Shown here one piece after another: positions 1 through 9,742 of a stretch of 64,000 bases of DNA. The notes beneath the pieces were generated by a model, which searched no databases, was not told where the DNA came from, and saw only the letters and a list, made by a program, of their open reading frames with translations. The translations under genes were made by a program, and so were the position numbers. Origin of the DNA: Lentisphaeria bacterium (lineage in GTDB: Bacteria > Verrucomicrobiota > Lentisphaeria > Victivallales > UBA1829); NCBI GenBank assembly GCA_017615635.1, contig JAFZZR010000062.1, positions 12,123 through 76,122 on the forward strand, written 5' to 3'. Position 1 is the first letter of the stretch. The number at the start of each line of letters is the position of its first letter.

Positions 1-170
1 GTGCGGAAAATACATATTCCTTCTATTCGCTGGAAATGAACTGGCGTCTCTGGCTCAGGGGATACCAGCTGCTTCGGGAAATCCTTTTCGGACGGGATCC
101 GCGGACCGTACACCAATTGCTGGAACGGCGGATCGCCTTTGACCGGGAAATTCCGGTAAAACGGGCATAG
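1..170 (+). CDS. 3' end of an unidentified CDS entering the window from upstream (partial)
   Basis: Frame 3 is open from nt 3 to TAG at 168-170 (...LLERRIAFDREIPVKRA*). The other + frames hit stops early. No family recognised. Confidence 0.3.
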   Translation, partial: AENTYSFYSLEMNWRLWLRGYQLLREILFGRDPRTVHQLLERRIAFDREIPVKRA

Positions 171-210
171 CTTTATCCTAGCTTGAGCAAAAATAATTTC
201 TCCGCTCCGT

Positions 211-239
211 TTGCATTAACAACGGAATCAAACTAGAGT
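211..239 (+). promoter_or_regulatory. Candidate sigma70-type promoter for the GH gene
   Basis: TTGCAT (211-216), 17-nt spacer, TAGAGT (234-239), about 45 nt upstream of ATG 285. AGGAGG at 272-277. Confidence 0.3.
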
Positions 240-284
240 ATCGTCGGAGATGATACAGGCCAAGGAAAGACAGGAGGAGAAAAA

Positions 285-1727
285 ATGTATCCTTTGAATA
301 AATGCGGAGAAATCAGGACGGTCAGTTCCGCGGAGGTATGCTCCTCTCCGCTGGGGATCGGTTTTGAGAAACTGGACCGGGGTGTGTTCGATCCGGAACC
401 TGCCTACGATAAAATAGCGGCCCTTGGCGTGAAATGGGTCCGGGTCCAATCCGGCTGGGCCAGGACCGAACAGCAGGCCGGAGTCTATGATTTCCGCTGG
501 CTGGACGATATTGTGGACAATCTGATCCGGCGAGGGCTGGAGCCGTGGGTGTGTCTCTGCTACGGAAACGGGCTGTATGATGAGGACGCGGCTCAAGTTT
601 TCGGGGCGGTCGGATGCCCGCCGATCAAGACGGACGAACAGAAAAACGCCTGGCATCGCTATGTCGCGGAAACAGTCCGGCATTACCAAGGTCGCGTGAC
701 CTGGTTCGAGGTCTGGAACGAGCCGGACGGACGATGGTGCTGGAAACACGGCCCAAACGGGGCGGAGTACGGAGAATTTGTCAAAGCGACAGCGGCGGCG
801 GTCCGCGAAGGGAATCCCGATGCAAAGGTGATCGGAGGGTCTTTCTGCCTTTCGGATCTGGGCTGGCTGTATGACATGTTCGAAACCGGCTGCGCCAGGG
901 ATATGGATGCACTCTGCTATCACGCATACTTGATCGATGAACGGTTTTCCCTGGGACAGCGGTTCCGGACGATCCGGGAGCTGGCCCGGCACTACAATCC
1001 ATCCATGCCGCTGATTCAAGGTGAAGTTGGAACGCAGTCCCGTCCGGATGGAGCAGGAGCACTGAAACAAGGCTCCTGGACACCGGAGAAGCAGGCCAAG
1101 TATGCGGCCCGTCATATTGTCGCGCACATTGCATCCGGAGCAAAGATCGTCTCTTATTTCACCTCGGTGGATATGATCGAGGCTTTGAACGGCCGGACCG
1201 GCGACAAAGCCAGTTACATGGACTTCGGGTATTTTGGAGTGCTGGGCGCGGACTTCGATGAAAACGGCTTCGCCACGGGTCATTATACGCCGAAATCTTC
1301 GTACCGGACTCTTCAGGTCCTTGCCGCTCTCTTTCGGGAACGGACGGAACGGATCGAGATCCCTCTGTTCTTCGCACCCTCGCTCACCTATTCCCCGCAG
1401 ATGTTCCGGGACGAGGGAAACGGAAGCGATTTGATGACATTCGGATTCCGTCTTGCCGGAGGCTGTCGTGCCTGGATCTACTGGAATCCGACAAACATCC
1501 TGACCTCGTTCTGCGAGGAGACGATATCCGTTATAGTTCATGCGGACCGGACAAAACTGAAGCTGGCTGATCTGAAGGATGGTTCGGTATATGAGCTCCC
1601 GGACAGTATGATCGAGGCCCAGGGGAAATCGGCTCTGTTTCTGAAACACCTGCCGCTCCGGGACTATCCGCTGATGCTGATTTTCGATGATTTCGAGTCA
1701 TATTTACAACACGAACGGAAGGGGTAA
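285..1727 (+). CDS. Clan GH-A (TIM-barrel) glycoside hydrolase, GH39/GH5-like, apparently cytoplasmic
   Basis: 480-aa ORF with AGGAGG 7 nt upstream. Motifs [11 protein letters not shown] and [10 protein letters not shown] (the NEP acid/base motif of clan GH-A). No signal peptide. Confidence 0.75.
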   Translation: MYPLNKCGEIRTVSSAEVCSSPLGIGFEKLDRGVFDPEPAYDKIAALGVKWVRVQSGWARTEQQAGVYDFRWLDDIVDNLIRRGLEPWVCLCYGNGLYDEDAAQVFGAVGCPPIKTDEQKNAWHRYVAETVRHYQGRVTWFEVWNEPDGRWCWKHGPNGAEYGEFVKATAAAVREGNPDAKVIGGSFCLSDLGWLYDMFETGCARDMDALCYHAYLIDERFSLGQRFRTIRELARHYNPSMPLIQGEVGTQSRPDGAGALKQGSWTPEKQAKYAARHIVAHIASGAKIVSYFTSVDMIEALNGRTGDKASYMDFGYFGVLGADFDENGFATGHYTPKSSYRTLQVLAALFRERTERIEIPLFFAPSLTYSPQMFRDEGNGSDLMTFGFRLAGGCRAWIYWNPTNILTSFCEETISVIVHADRTKLKLADLKDGSVYELPDSMIEAQGKSALFLKHLPLRDYPLMLIFDDFESYLQHERKG

Positions 1728-1732
1728 ACATC

Positions 1733-2626
1733 ATGGTAAAATCAAAAGACCGCCTTAAACCATCGTATCTCATCTTTCATTTGCCACGGCTGGAACGTTT
1801 TACTCTGATCGAGCTGCTGGTCGTCATCGCCATCATCGCGATTCTCGCGGGCATGCTCCTCCCGGCATTGGGCAAGACAAAAAAGATAGCACAGGAAATC
1901 ACCTGTATGAACAGTTTGAAACAGATCGGGCTTGCCCAAAGCATGTACAGTTCCGACAATCATGATTGGATCGTTCCGGGCAACACCGGCGCCGGAGCAC
2001 TTACCAGCTGGTTCTTCCGTTTGGGATACGGAACGGGAATCGGCTGGACAAAAGAGTCTTACGCGGTGAAGCCTCCTTATGGCGTAATCTATGACGGTTA
2101 TTTCAGCAGCAGTTCGTCATGGAATCCTCCGACTGAAAAGAGCACTTTTTACTGTCCCTCCGAACCGGATGGTTTCAAAACGCAGAAAAATCATTTCGGA
2201 ATCAATTTCTACCTCTCGGGCGTACCGAATAAACAAGGGAATTATTCTACCAATCTCTGGCACCAACTTTCGGCCGTGACTCGTCCCGCCGTGGCAATCT
2301 TCGGCGGAGACACCGGACTTAATGACTATGAAACCGCGATGGTGGGAACACCGCTGCTGAAATTCCGGCACGGTGCGGGTCGCGATACATGGAATGTTGC
2401 CGGCAGTGCTCGAGGAGTTTCCTCCATGCCGACGGTGATGCCTTCCGCAGATTCCCGGGCGAATGTGATTTACATGGATGGGCATGCCAAGGGTGAATCC
2501 ATCCAATATCTCTCGGAAGTTCAGCCGACTACAACGGAAACGACATCAGACAAGAGGACAAAACCCACTTATTCCGCTCTTCTGGCAGGATATGTGTTGG
2601 AGAAGGGAACGAACGTTCCCTACTGA
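1733..2626 (+). CDS. Prepilin-type N-terminal methylation-domain protein, DUF1559/H-X9-DG family (variant motif)
   Basis: N-terminus ...[25 protein letters not shown] (Glu at +5 of the pilin-like helix). C-terminal FRHG...[20 protein letters not shown] upstream. Confidence 0.85.
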   Translation: MVKSKDRLKPSYLIFHLPRLERFTLIELLVVIAIIAILAGMLLPALGKTKKIAQEITCMNSLKQIGLAQSMYSSDNHDWIVPGNTGAGALTSWFFRLGYGTGIGWTKESYAVKPPYGVIYDGYFSSSSSWNPPTEKSTFYCPSEPDGFKTQKNHFGINFYLSGVPNKQGNYSTNLWHQLSAVTRPAVAIFGGDTGLNDYETAMVGTPLLKFRHGAGRDTWNVAGSARGVSSMPTVMPSADSRANVIYMDGHAKGESIQYLSEVQPTTTETTSDKRTKPTYSALLAGYVLEKGTNVPY

Positions 2627-2676
2627 TTTTTCCGAGTTGCTTCCCGCGAAGAAACATAATCTGAAAGGCAAACAGA

Positions 2677-5661
2677 ATGATGAATTCCTGTAAATTTTTC
2701 GGTGTTGGCATCGCCGTCTTTTTTTTGACAATGCTGATCCCATTGTCGGCATCTTCGGATTTTGAATTAGCGAAAGACGGACAGCCGTCAGCAGTCATTC
2801 TGGTGGGTGAAAATCCTTCGAGAAATGAGCAGCTCGCGGCTTATGAACTCCAGTATCACATCCGTCGGATGACCGGTGCGGATCTGCCGATCATAAATAA
2901 GATTGCCGAGGAGAACAGAGGAAATGTCATCCGGATCCAAGCTGACCGGAACATGATCGGCGATTCTTCCCGGATCGAATTTGATGGGAGAAATCTGCGC
3001 CTTACAGGCAGCGATTCCTCAGAATTCGGCAAGGTTGATTATCAGGATGAAAAAACCTTTCCGAAAGCGGAGTATGAGCTGAAAGGAGTCCTCTTCGCCG
3101 TTTACGATTTCCTCGAACTCTATTGCGGTGTCCGATTTTACGGCGTTGCCGAACGGGATACCTTCTATCCGGAAGGTAAAAGTCTGTCAGTCAAATCGAA
3201 GGACCGGATTTTTTCTCCGCCGCTGGAAGCCTTTCGTTTTATTCATCTCGGCGGATTGTTGAAGTACCGTGCGATGTATTCCAAACGGGAGTGTGCCCTG
3301 TGGCAACTCCGCTGGCGGATGAACACGCTTTATGGCTTTGCGAATCACAATCAATACAGCATCTATTACAGCTACTGGGCCGAATCCGCCAATCCGAATC
3401 TGGCAAAGATGTTCAAATACCGGAACAAGGACATGTTTGCCCAGGGCTATGACGATAAGAACCATCCCGTTGATCCGATCCTGCGTGAAAGTTATCCGAA
3501 TGACCGTGATTTGCCCCCTCAACTGTGTTATTCCAGTCAGGATGCCGTCAACTACTATGCCAATGAAGCCGCGATCTATTACCGGGGGGCAAATGTCCCG
3601 GGCGGCTGGCTCAATAAAAGAGGGCTGATCCCGGCGGACAAAACCCTGCTGCCGAAGTTCAAAGGCCTGCCGTTTTTCTATCCGTTCCAGGGTGGTGATA
3701 CGGGCGGACATTGCCTCTGCCCCCGGTGCACAGAGCGTTTCGCCGACACCACGAAAGACGATCAGTCCAACAGCAAGTTTCAGTTCGTGGCGGATATTGC
3801 CCGGGAGGCGGCTCGGGTTCAGCCCGGCGCCGGAATTTGCACCGACGCCTATATTTCCACCTTGCATTATCCGGACAAAGTGGATCTGCCCGACAATCTG
3901 GCCGTCACCATGTGCCTGCCGATTTATTCATGGTGGCATCCGACCGCGAAGCTGTTTCAGATGGAAGCATATAAGATCTGGATCGAAAAAGAAGCGAAAA
4001 AACGGCCGCTGACCATCTGGACGTATATTTTCAGTACTCAATGGGACGCCCGATTCCATTTTTCCGATTATAAACCTTTCCCCGGTCTTTACCCGTGGAA
4101 GATCGCCGGAATCATCCGGATGTTTGCGCGTGACGGTATCAAAGGCATTTTTGCGGAAACGGAATTCCGGTACACCCCGCTGGAAGCCTATGTCGTTTCC
4201 CGGCTGTCCTACGATCCGGAACTGGATACCGACAAAATGATCGATGAGTATTTCCGTGATCGCTACGGCGCCGCCGGAGACGTCATGAAAGAATTTTACC
4301 GGGAAGTGGAATCCGCTTACTGGAATGCTGAAAATTATCCTGCTGCATGGAGGGAAAACAAGAAAGTCCTGCTCGGCCCCTACGGAGCGAAACATCCCTA
4401 TTGGGGGACCGGACTGCAATCTCCGGATGTCAACTGGGCGCTGGGCACGCCCGAACGGATGAAAAAGCTGGCAAGTCTGATCGAAGAGGCGGAAAGAAAA
4501 GTCGTTACGCCGCAGGAAAAAGCGAATCTCTCGGATTTTATCCGGAGTATCTGGCAGCCGGCAGTGGAAGGCGAAAAGGAATACCGTCTGCTGAAAATAC
4601 GCCGAAGCAGTCCCCCTCGCAAGATCATTCCTCCGGTCATGCCGGATTATGCTCAGGGGCTGGATTCGGTGGACTGGGATAAGGCGGCGAAGACCGAGCC
4701 ATGGTGTGGGAACTTCGGAGAATCGGCAAAAAGAGAATGTATCGCCTCGGTCATTGCCGATTCGAAGAATCTTTATATCCGGCTGCATGATCCGCAAGCG
4801 CCGCAGATGGACAAGGATATCTGGTTTGAGGATTTCGAAGTTCTGTTCCACGGCTTGAATTCCAAGTTCCCTCTGTATCAGCTGGCTGTGTCGCCCAATG
4901 GGAAAGTCGTACAGTATCGGTATGATCTGATCAATGATGCCCGCAATATGCAGACCTGGGATCTCACTGCCGAGGTCCGCAGTCTGCCGAAAAAGGATTC
5001 CTGGACCGTTCAGATTGCCATTCCGCGGGCAAAACTTCCTCCGGCCGAAGGCGGGATCATGATCAACTTTATGCGCGCGTCTTCCGAATTCGGCTCACTG
5101 GCCTGGAATCCGATTTATACGAAAGGGTTTGTGGATGGCGCCGATTCTTACGGACTGCTGGCCCTGAACCCGATTGTTTTTCAGGAAAATCAATTGGATT
5201 TGTGGGAAAAGGGGCAACATACATTCATCGAAGATGACCCTCTGGCTTCCAACGGTAAAACGGCAGTCGCGTTCGCCGGCAACAGCTGGGCTGTAAAGTA
5301 TCCCGTCCCCCGTCATTTCCCCGCGGGGTGGTATGATGTCGTCATCCGGATGCGGACAGATGTCCCCGCCGATTCCGGCAATTCGATCCAGCTCGGGGTC
5401 TGGGATTTTCGGAAAAAGAAGAACCGGGCCGCCGTGAACATTTCCGTTGACGGATTTGTCGGTCAATACGGAGATGCCGTGATCCGCAGAGTATATCTGG
5501 AGCCGGAAACCGCAATCTATGTCGGCAAATCCGAGAAAGAATGCAGAGGCTGCAAAATTTTCGTGGACTATATTGCCTTGACAGCGTTGCCGGAAAGTCA
5601 TTCTCCCGAAATGACGAAAAATGACCTGGGCGATGAGGCTGCGGGAACGGCGGCACCTTGA
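2677..5661 (+). CDS. Secreted DUF4838-like glycan-active protein with CBM9/DOMON-like region and an extra C-terminal about 170-aa domain
   Basis: Signal peptide MMNSCKFFGVGIAVFFLTMLIPLSASS. N-terminal block FELAKDGQPSAVILV...AAYELQYHIRRMTGADLPI and LFAVYDFLELYCGVRFYG. Cys cluster GGDTGGHCLCPRC. Clear paralog of 7228..9702. Confidence 0.8.
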   Translation: MMNSCKFFGVGIAVFFLTMLIPLSASSDFELAKDGQPSAVILVGENPSRNEQLAAYELQYHIRRMTGADLPIINKIAEENRGNVIRIQADRNMIGDSSRIEFDGRNLRLTGSDSSEFGKVDYQDEKTFPKAEYELKGVLFAVYDFLELYCGVRFYGVAERDTFYPEGKSLSVKSKDRIFSPPLEAFRFIHLGGLLKYRAMYSKRECALWQLRWRMNTLYGFANHNQYSIYYSYWAESANPNLAKMFKYRNKDMFAQGYDDKNHPVDPILRESYPNDRDLPPQLCYSSQDAVNYYANEAAIYYRGANVPGGWLNKRGLIPADKTLLPKFKGLPFFYPFQGGDTGGHCLCPRCTERFADTTKDDQSNSKFQFVADIAREAARVQPGAGICTDAYISTLHYPDKVDLPDNLAVTMCLPIYSWWHPTAKLFQMEAYKIWIEKEAKKRPLTIWTYIFSTQWDARFHFSDYKPFPGLYPWKIAGIIRMFARDGIKGIFAETEFRYTPLEAYVVSRLSYDPELDTDKMIDEYFRDRYGAAGDVMKEFYREVESAYWNAENYPAAWRENKKVLLGPYGAKHPYWGTGLQSPDVNWALGTPERMKKLASLIEEAERKVVTPQEKANLSDFIRSIWQPAVEGEKEYRLLKIRRSSPPRKIIPPVMPDYAQGLDSVDWDKAAKTEPWCGNFGESAKRECIASVIADSKNLYIRLHDPQAPQMDKDIWFEDFEVLFHGLNSKFPLYQLAVSPNGKVVQYRYDLINDARNMQTWDLTAEVRSLPKKDSWTVQIAIPRAKLPPAEGGIMINFMRASSEFGSLAWNPIYTKGFVDGADSYGLLALNPIVFQENQLDLWEKGQHTFIEDDPLASNGKTAVAFAGNSWAVKYPVPRHFPAGWYDVVIRMRTDVPADSGNSIQLGVWDFRKKKNRAAVNISVDGFVGQYGDAVIRRVYLEPETAIYVGKSEKECRGCKIFVDYIALTALPESHSPEMTKNDLGDEAAGTAAP

Positions 5662-5705
5662 AATTTGAAACACATTGATCGAAGCATAAGGAAATCGGAC
5701 TTAAA

Positions 5706-6884
5706 ATGGAGTATTTCGTCACGGAAAAAAGCGGCCTCGCGATCCAGAAGGCCGTTGATCAGGCGGCTGCGGCCGGGGGCGGCAAGGTAACGCTGGAACC
5801 CGGGATCTATCCCTCCGGAACCATCAAACTGAAAAGCAATATCGAACTTCATATCCCCGCCGGATCCGTCATTCTCGGACATCCGAAATCGGAACAGTAC
5901 GAGGATTTCCGTCATCCCGCTCTGGACTCTGTTACCCCGGAAAACAGCAGGAAATGCCTCATTTCGTGTGCGGACTGCGAAAATGTATCCATCACCGGAC
6001 AAGGAGAGATCAACGGTCAGGGCTGTCTCTTTTTCGATCAGAACGTGCCCCCCGGAGTGCCGTTTGCAAAGCCTTCTTGGCCGCGTCCGCGCATGATTCA
6101 ATTCTTCCGATGCCGGAACCTGGTTTTCGAGGGCGTATCTTTCATCGACTCCCCGAACTGGACGTTCTGGCTTTCCGACTGCACAGACGTCCGGATCTCC
6201 CGGATCCGCATCAACGGGTGCAAACAGATATGCAACAACGACGGGATCGATATCGACGGCTGCCGCCGGGTCCTGATCAGTGACAGCGTCTTCAGCACCG
6301 GCGACGACTGCCTGATCCTGCGTGCCATCCGGAAAGATATCGAAACGCCCGTCATCTGCGAACAGATCACGGTGACGAACTGCGTTCTCGACAGCCGCTG
6401 TCAGGGTATCCGGCTGGGCTGTCCCAGCGACGACACGATCCGCAACTGTTCTTTCAGCAGCATCGTGTTCCGGGGCTCCGGCTCCGGGATCCACAGCGAA
6501 AGTCCGTTCCGGTATCTGCGGAAAAACTGCACCGGCTACATGAAGATCAGCGATATCTCCTTTGAAAATTTCGACATCGTTACAGACAGGTATCCGATCC
6601 GGATCGGGTGCGATGCCGGGATCCAGCTTCGCGGGATCGAGCGTCTGCACTTCCGCAATTTCCGGATCCGCTCGAAGTACCCCATCTCGCTGGAGGGTTC
6701 CTCCCGGACCATTCTAAAGGACATCGTGCTTTCCGGTATTTCCGGGGAAGTGGATGGAGACTCCGCCATCACGGCAAAATATGTTCAGAATTTAAAGCTC
6801 AACGAGTTCGAGCTTACGGCAAAAAACGGCCCGGACGTCCCGTTCCGCAGAGTCGAATCGGACTCCTGGGAAACCAAATTCTGA
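5706..6884 (+). CDS. Glycoside hydrolase family 28-like (parallel beta-helix, polygalacturonase/rhamnogalacturonase type)
   Basis: Motifs NNDGIDIDGC and STGDDCLILR in the spacing typical of GH28 catalytic aspartates. Repetitive beta-helix-like sequence. No signal peptide. Confidence 0.75.
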   Translation: MEYFVTEKSGLAIQKAVDQAAAAGGGKVTLEPGIYPSGTIKLKSNIELHIPAGSVILGHPKSEQYEDFRHPALDSVTPENSRKCLISCADCENVSITGQGEINGQGCLFFDQNVPPGVPFAKPSWPRPRMIQFFRCRNLVFEGVSFIDSPNWTFWLSDCTDVRISRIRINGCKQICNNDGIDIDGCRRVLISDSVFSTGDDCLILRAIRKDIETPVICEQITVTNCVLDSRCQGIRLGCPSDDTIRNCSFSSIVFRGSGSGIHSESPFRYLRKNCTGYMKISDISFENFDIVTDRYPIRIGCDAGIQLRGIERLHFRNFRIRSKYPISLEGSSRTILKDIVLSGISGEVDGDSAITAKYVQNLKLNEFELTAKNGPDVPFRRVESDSWETKF

Positions 6885-7108
6885 CCCGCAGTTACTTGCG
6901 GATCGGCGTGATCGCCGCCACGCTTCATTTTTGTGACGATAACAGCTTTTCGAACTCGTTCCGGTACTTTTACGGCAAGGCGGTCCTGCGCAATGTCCAT
7001 GAGCGTGAACTCGCAGTCCGCGAACACGGGATCGTGAAGCAGTTCCCTGGCGATGGTCAGAACGAATCCGGAGCCCGCGCCCAGCATGGTGATCTTCAGC
7101 CTTTTCAT
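6885..7108 (-). pseudogene. N-terminal remnant of a GH4-family (NAD-dependent glycosidase) gene
   Basis: ORF 6785..7108 starts MKRLKITMLGAGSGFVLTIARELLHDPVFADCEFTLMDIAQDRL, the Rossmann N-terminus typical of GH4 (KI..iGAGS..f ... D.eRl). A GAGGTGA RBS lies 7 nt upstream. After about 70 aa the reading frame runs antisense into the 3' end of the GH28 gene, so about 350 aa of a normal GH4 enzyme are missing. Confidence 0.45.
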
Positions 7109-7227
7109 TTCGATTTCACCTCATTTTTCAGAAAAAGGCGTACATGTTCCCGTTCGAAGGGAAGGTATTCCACTCCGCCGCATGACATATTAAGAGGCTG
7201 TCGACATTCGCGCCAGCCACGAATGAT

Positions 7228-9702
7228 TTACGGGTGGATATGCAGCACTCCGAAACGGTCGATCCCCTTTATGTAGGAATCGGTAAAAATCGGATTCCAG
7301 ACGGCATTGCCGGAAGGTGTGGTACGCATAAAATTCAAGGACATCTGTGAACCTTTCAACGGCAGCTTATTCAGCGGGATCGCCATAAGGACGGTCCATG
7401 ATTCATCGGTTGAACTGCTGCTGATCACGGCATTGAACTCGTACGGTTCAACAGTATCTTTTCCATCCTTCAAAATGTGTTTGTATTGATAGGAGGTCCC
7501 GTTCGGACCGACGGCGAGATGAAAGACTGGGTAACCTTTTCCATCGTGAAAGAAAACTTCGAAGTTTTCACGCCAGAAATTGAGCACATTCTCTGCCGGA
7601 GAACCATCCGTAAATTTGAGGTAAAGGTATTCTGAATCTGCGACCAGTTCCGCGCGGCATTTTCTTTCAGCCGTTTTGCCGTACAGATTCTGCCAGGTTT
7701 CAGTTTTTACAGATTTGGACCAGTCGACTTTTGACAAATCGCCGTTTATATTTCCCGAAGTCATGACCTGCAGACGATACGGCAATTCGCTTTTTTTCAT
7801 TTTGTCCAGTCGGTATTCGCGTTCTCCTTCGAGCGCATTTGTCCAGATGCCGTCGATAAAACGCTGGAGGCGGATCTTTTCTTCCGGCGTCCTGGTCAGT
7901 TTCTTTGCCTCTTCGATCAGCCCGGCAAGTTTCTTCATGCGTTCCGGCGTACCCAGCGACCAGTTGACATCCGGAGAATGCAGCCCCATTCCCCAGTAGG
8001 GATGCAGTTCCCCCTTGGGCCCGACAACGACATTTTTATCCATGAGCCATTCCTCTGGACAGTTGGCGGGATTCCAGTACGCTTTCTCGACTTCCCGATA
8101 AAATTCTTTCATGACAGGACCTGCCTCGCCGTAATAATGTTCGAAAAAGTCATCGATGACTTGTCCGGGATCAAGAGATGAATCGTAACATATTCTTGCC
8201 GCGACGTAGGCTTCAAGGTGATTGCACTGCATGTCAACTTCCGTAAACCATCCTTTTATTCCGTCTTTTGCAAACATTTTGAACAATTCGCCCGTTTTCC
8301 ATGGATAGAGCCCCGGAAACGGTTTGTAATTTCCAAAGTACCGGCGTGAATCATAATAGGGACTGAACAGATATGTCCAAAGTGTCAGAGGCCGTTTCTG
8401 CCCCTCTTTGGCGATCCATTCTCTGTATGCATCCATCTGCTTTTGACAGGCGACAGGGTGCCACCATGTACAAATGGGCAGACACAACTGTACGGATACA
8501 TTGGGCGGAAGAGAAACCTTGTCCGGATAACGGAGGGTCTGGATATAGGCCAGAGAAGAAACTCCTGCCGCCGGATCCGTTTCAGCCGCTTTGCGTGCGA
8601 CGTCGGCAATGAATTGGAATTTATTATTGGAGACATCATCTTTGGTGTCTTCCGGGAAACGATTCCGGCAATCGGGGCAGAGACAGTGTCCGCCGGTATC
8701 TCCCCCCTGGATCGGATAGAAAAACGGTTTGCCTTCGAACCGGGGGACGAGCGTACGGTTCGGCGGGATATTCCCGTGAAAATTCATCCAGCCGCCGCGG
8801 ACATTGCCGCCGTTGAAATAGGTGAGAACTTCCTCTGCGTAGTAGTCAACCGTTCCCTTGTTGGAGTAGCAGAGCTGCGGCGGCAGATCCTTGTCGTTTG
8901 GATAATTCCCGCGCAGGATGGCGTCGACATCCGCCATCTTTCCATCATACCCCTTGGCAAACAGTTCTTTCCGTTTATACTTGAATGCTCTGCCAAGCCA
9001 ATACATTTTTGCCTTGTCCCAGTGTGCAAAATAAATGCTGTACTGGTTGTGATTGTTGCGTCCGTATAAGGAACTCATGCGCCAGCGAAGCTGCCAGAGA
9101 GCAAAATCCCGGGGCACTATCTCGTTTCTGGCAAAACGTTTGTCCTTGTAGTAAACGTAACGGAAGGCATCCATTTGCGGACTGAAAACACGATTTTCCT
9201 CCTTTACGGATAGATTTTCGGATGCCTTATAAAAAGTCCCGGCCTCATCCATACCGTAGAACCGGACGCCGCAATACAGTTCGAGAAAATCATACACGGC
9301 GAACAACGAACCTTTGCACTCATATTCGAGTTTTGGAAATGTGTCGGGATTATGGTAATCGACTTTTTCGAAGACCGGAGAATCATTTCCCGTCAGAAGC
9401 AACGTATTTCCTCTGAATTCGATTTTGCTCGAATCTCCGGTCAATCCGCTGTTATCTCCGCCGATCTTGACTGTATTCATTCCCGGAGAGACATTGCCCG
9501 CCACAATGGGAAGTTCGACCCCCGTGATCGATTTTACATGATGCTGCAATTCATATGCACCAAGCTGTGCACTCTTGGTCGCCTTTGCATCCAGAAGGAT
9601 CACCGCTGCGGGCTTTCCATTGCGGACAAGTGAAAAATCGGCGAATACCGCTAACGGCAAAAATGCGAAAATCGATAAAATGAATCTCTTGAAAGGTTTC
9701 AT
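7228..9702 (-). CDS. Secreted DUF4838-like glycan-active protein with CBM9/DOMON-like region (paralog of 2677..5661)
   Basis: Signal peptide MKPFKRFILSIFAFLPLAVFA. Shares the blocks LFAVYDFLELYCGVRFYG, GGDTGGHCLCPDC and PDVNWSLGTPERMKKLAGLIEEA with the + strand copy. A 54-aa hand-aligned segment has 35 identities. Confidence 0.85.
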   Translation of the reverse strand: MKPFKRFILSIFAFLPLAVFADFSLVRNGKPAAVILLDAKATKSAQLGAYELQHHVKSITGVELPIVAGNVSPGMNTVKIGGDNSGLTGDSSKIEFRGNTLLLTGNDSPVFEKVDYHNPDTFPKLEYECKGSLFAVYDFLELYCGVRFYGMDEAGTFYKASENLSVKEENRVFSPQMDAFRYVYYKDKRFARNEIVPRDFALWQLRWRMSSLYGRNNHNQYSIYFAHWDKAKMYWLGRAFKYKRKELFAKGYDGKMADVDAILRGNYPNDKDLPPQLCYSNKGTVDYYAEEVLTYFNGGNVRGGWMNFHGNIPPNRTLVPRFEGKPFFYPIQGGDTGGHCLCPDCRNRFPEDTKDDVSNNKFQFIADVARKAAETDPAAGVSSLAYIQTLRYPDKVSLPPNVSVQLCLPICTWWHPVACQKQMDAYREWIAKEGQKRPLTLWTYLFSPYYDSRRYFGNYKPFPGLYPWKTGELFKMFAKDGIKGWFTEVDMQCNHLEAYVAARICYDSSLDPGQVIDDFFEHYYGEAGPVMKEFYREVEKAYWNPANCPEEWLMDKNVVVGPKGELHPYWGMGLHSPDVNWSLGTPERMKKLAGLIEEAKKLTRTPEEKIRLQRFIDGIWTNALEGEREYRLDKMKKSELPYRLQVMTSGNINGDLSKVDWSKSVKTETWQNLYGKTAERKCRAELVADSEYLYLKFTDGSPAENVLNFWRENFEVFFHDGKGYPVFHLAVGPNGTSYQYKHILKDGKDTVEPYEFNAVISSSSTDESWTVLMAIPLNKLPLKGSQMSLNFMRTTPSGNAVWNPIFTDSYIKGIDRFGVLHIHP

Positions 9703-9742
9703 TCACAATTCTCCTCTTCCTTCGGGGAAACTCGTTACAAGA

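Noticed and set aside
207-225. Inverted repeat CCGTT-N9-AACGG overlapping the -35 of the GH gene promoter candidate
   Set aside because: The arms are only 5 bp, which is well within chance expectation. It bears no similarity to the LacI-type palindrome at 11667-11680.
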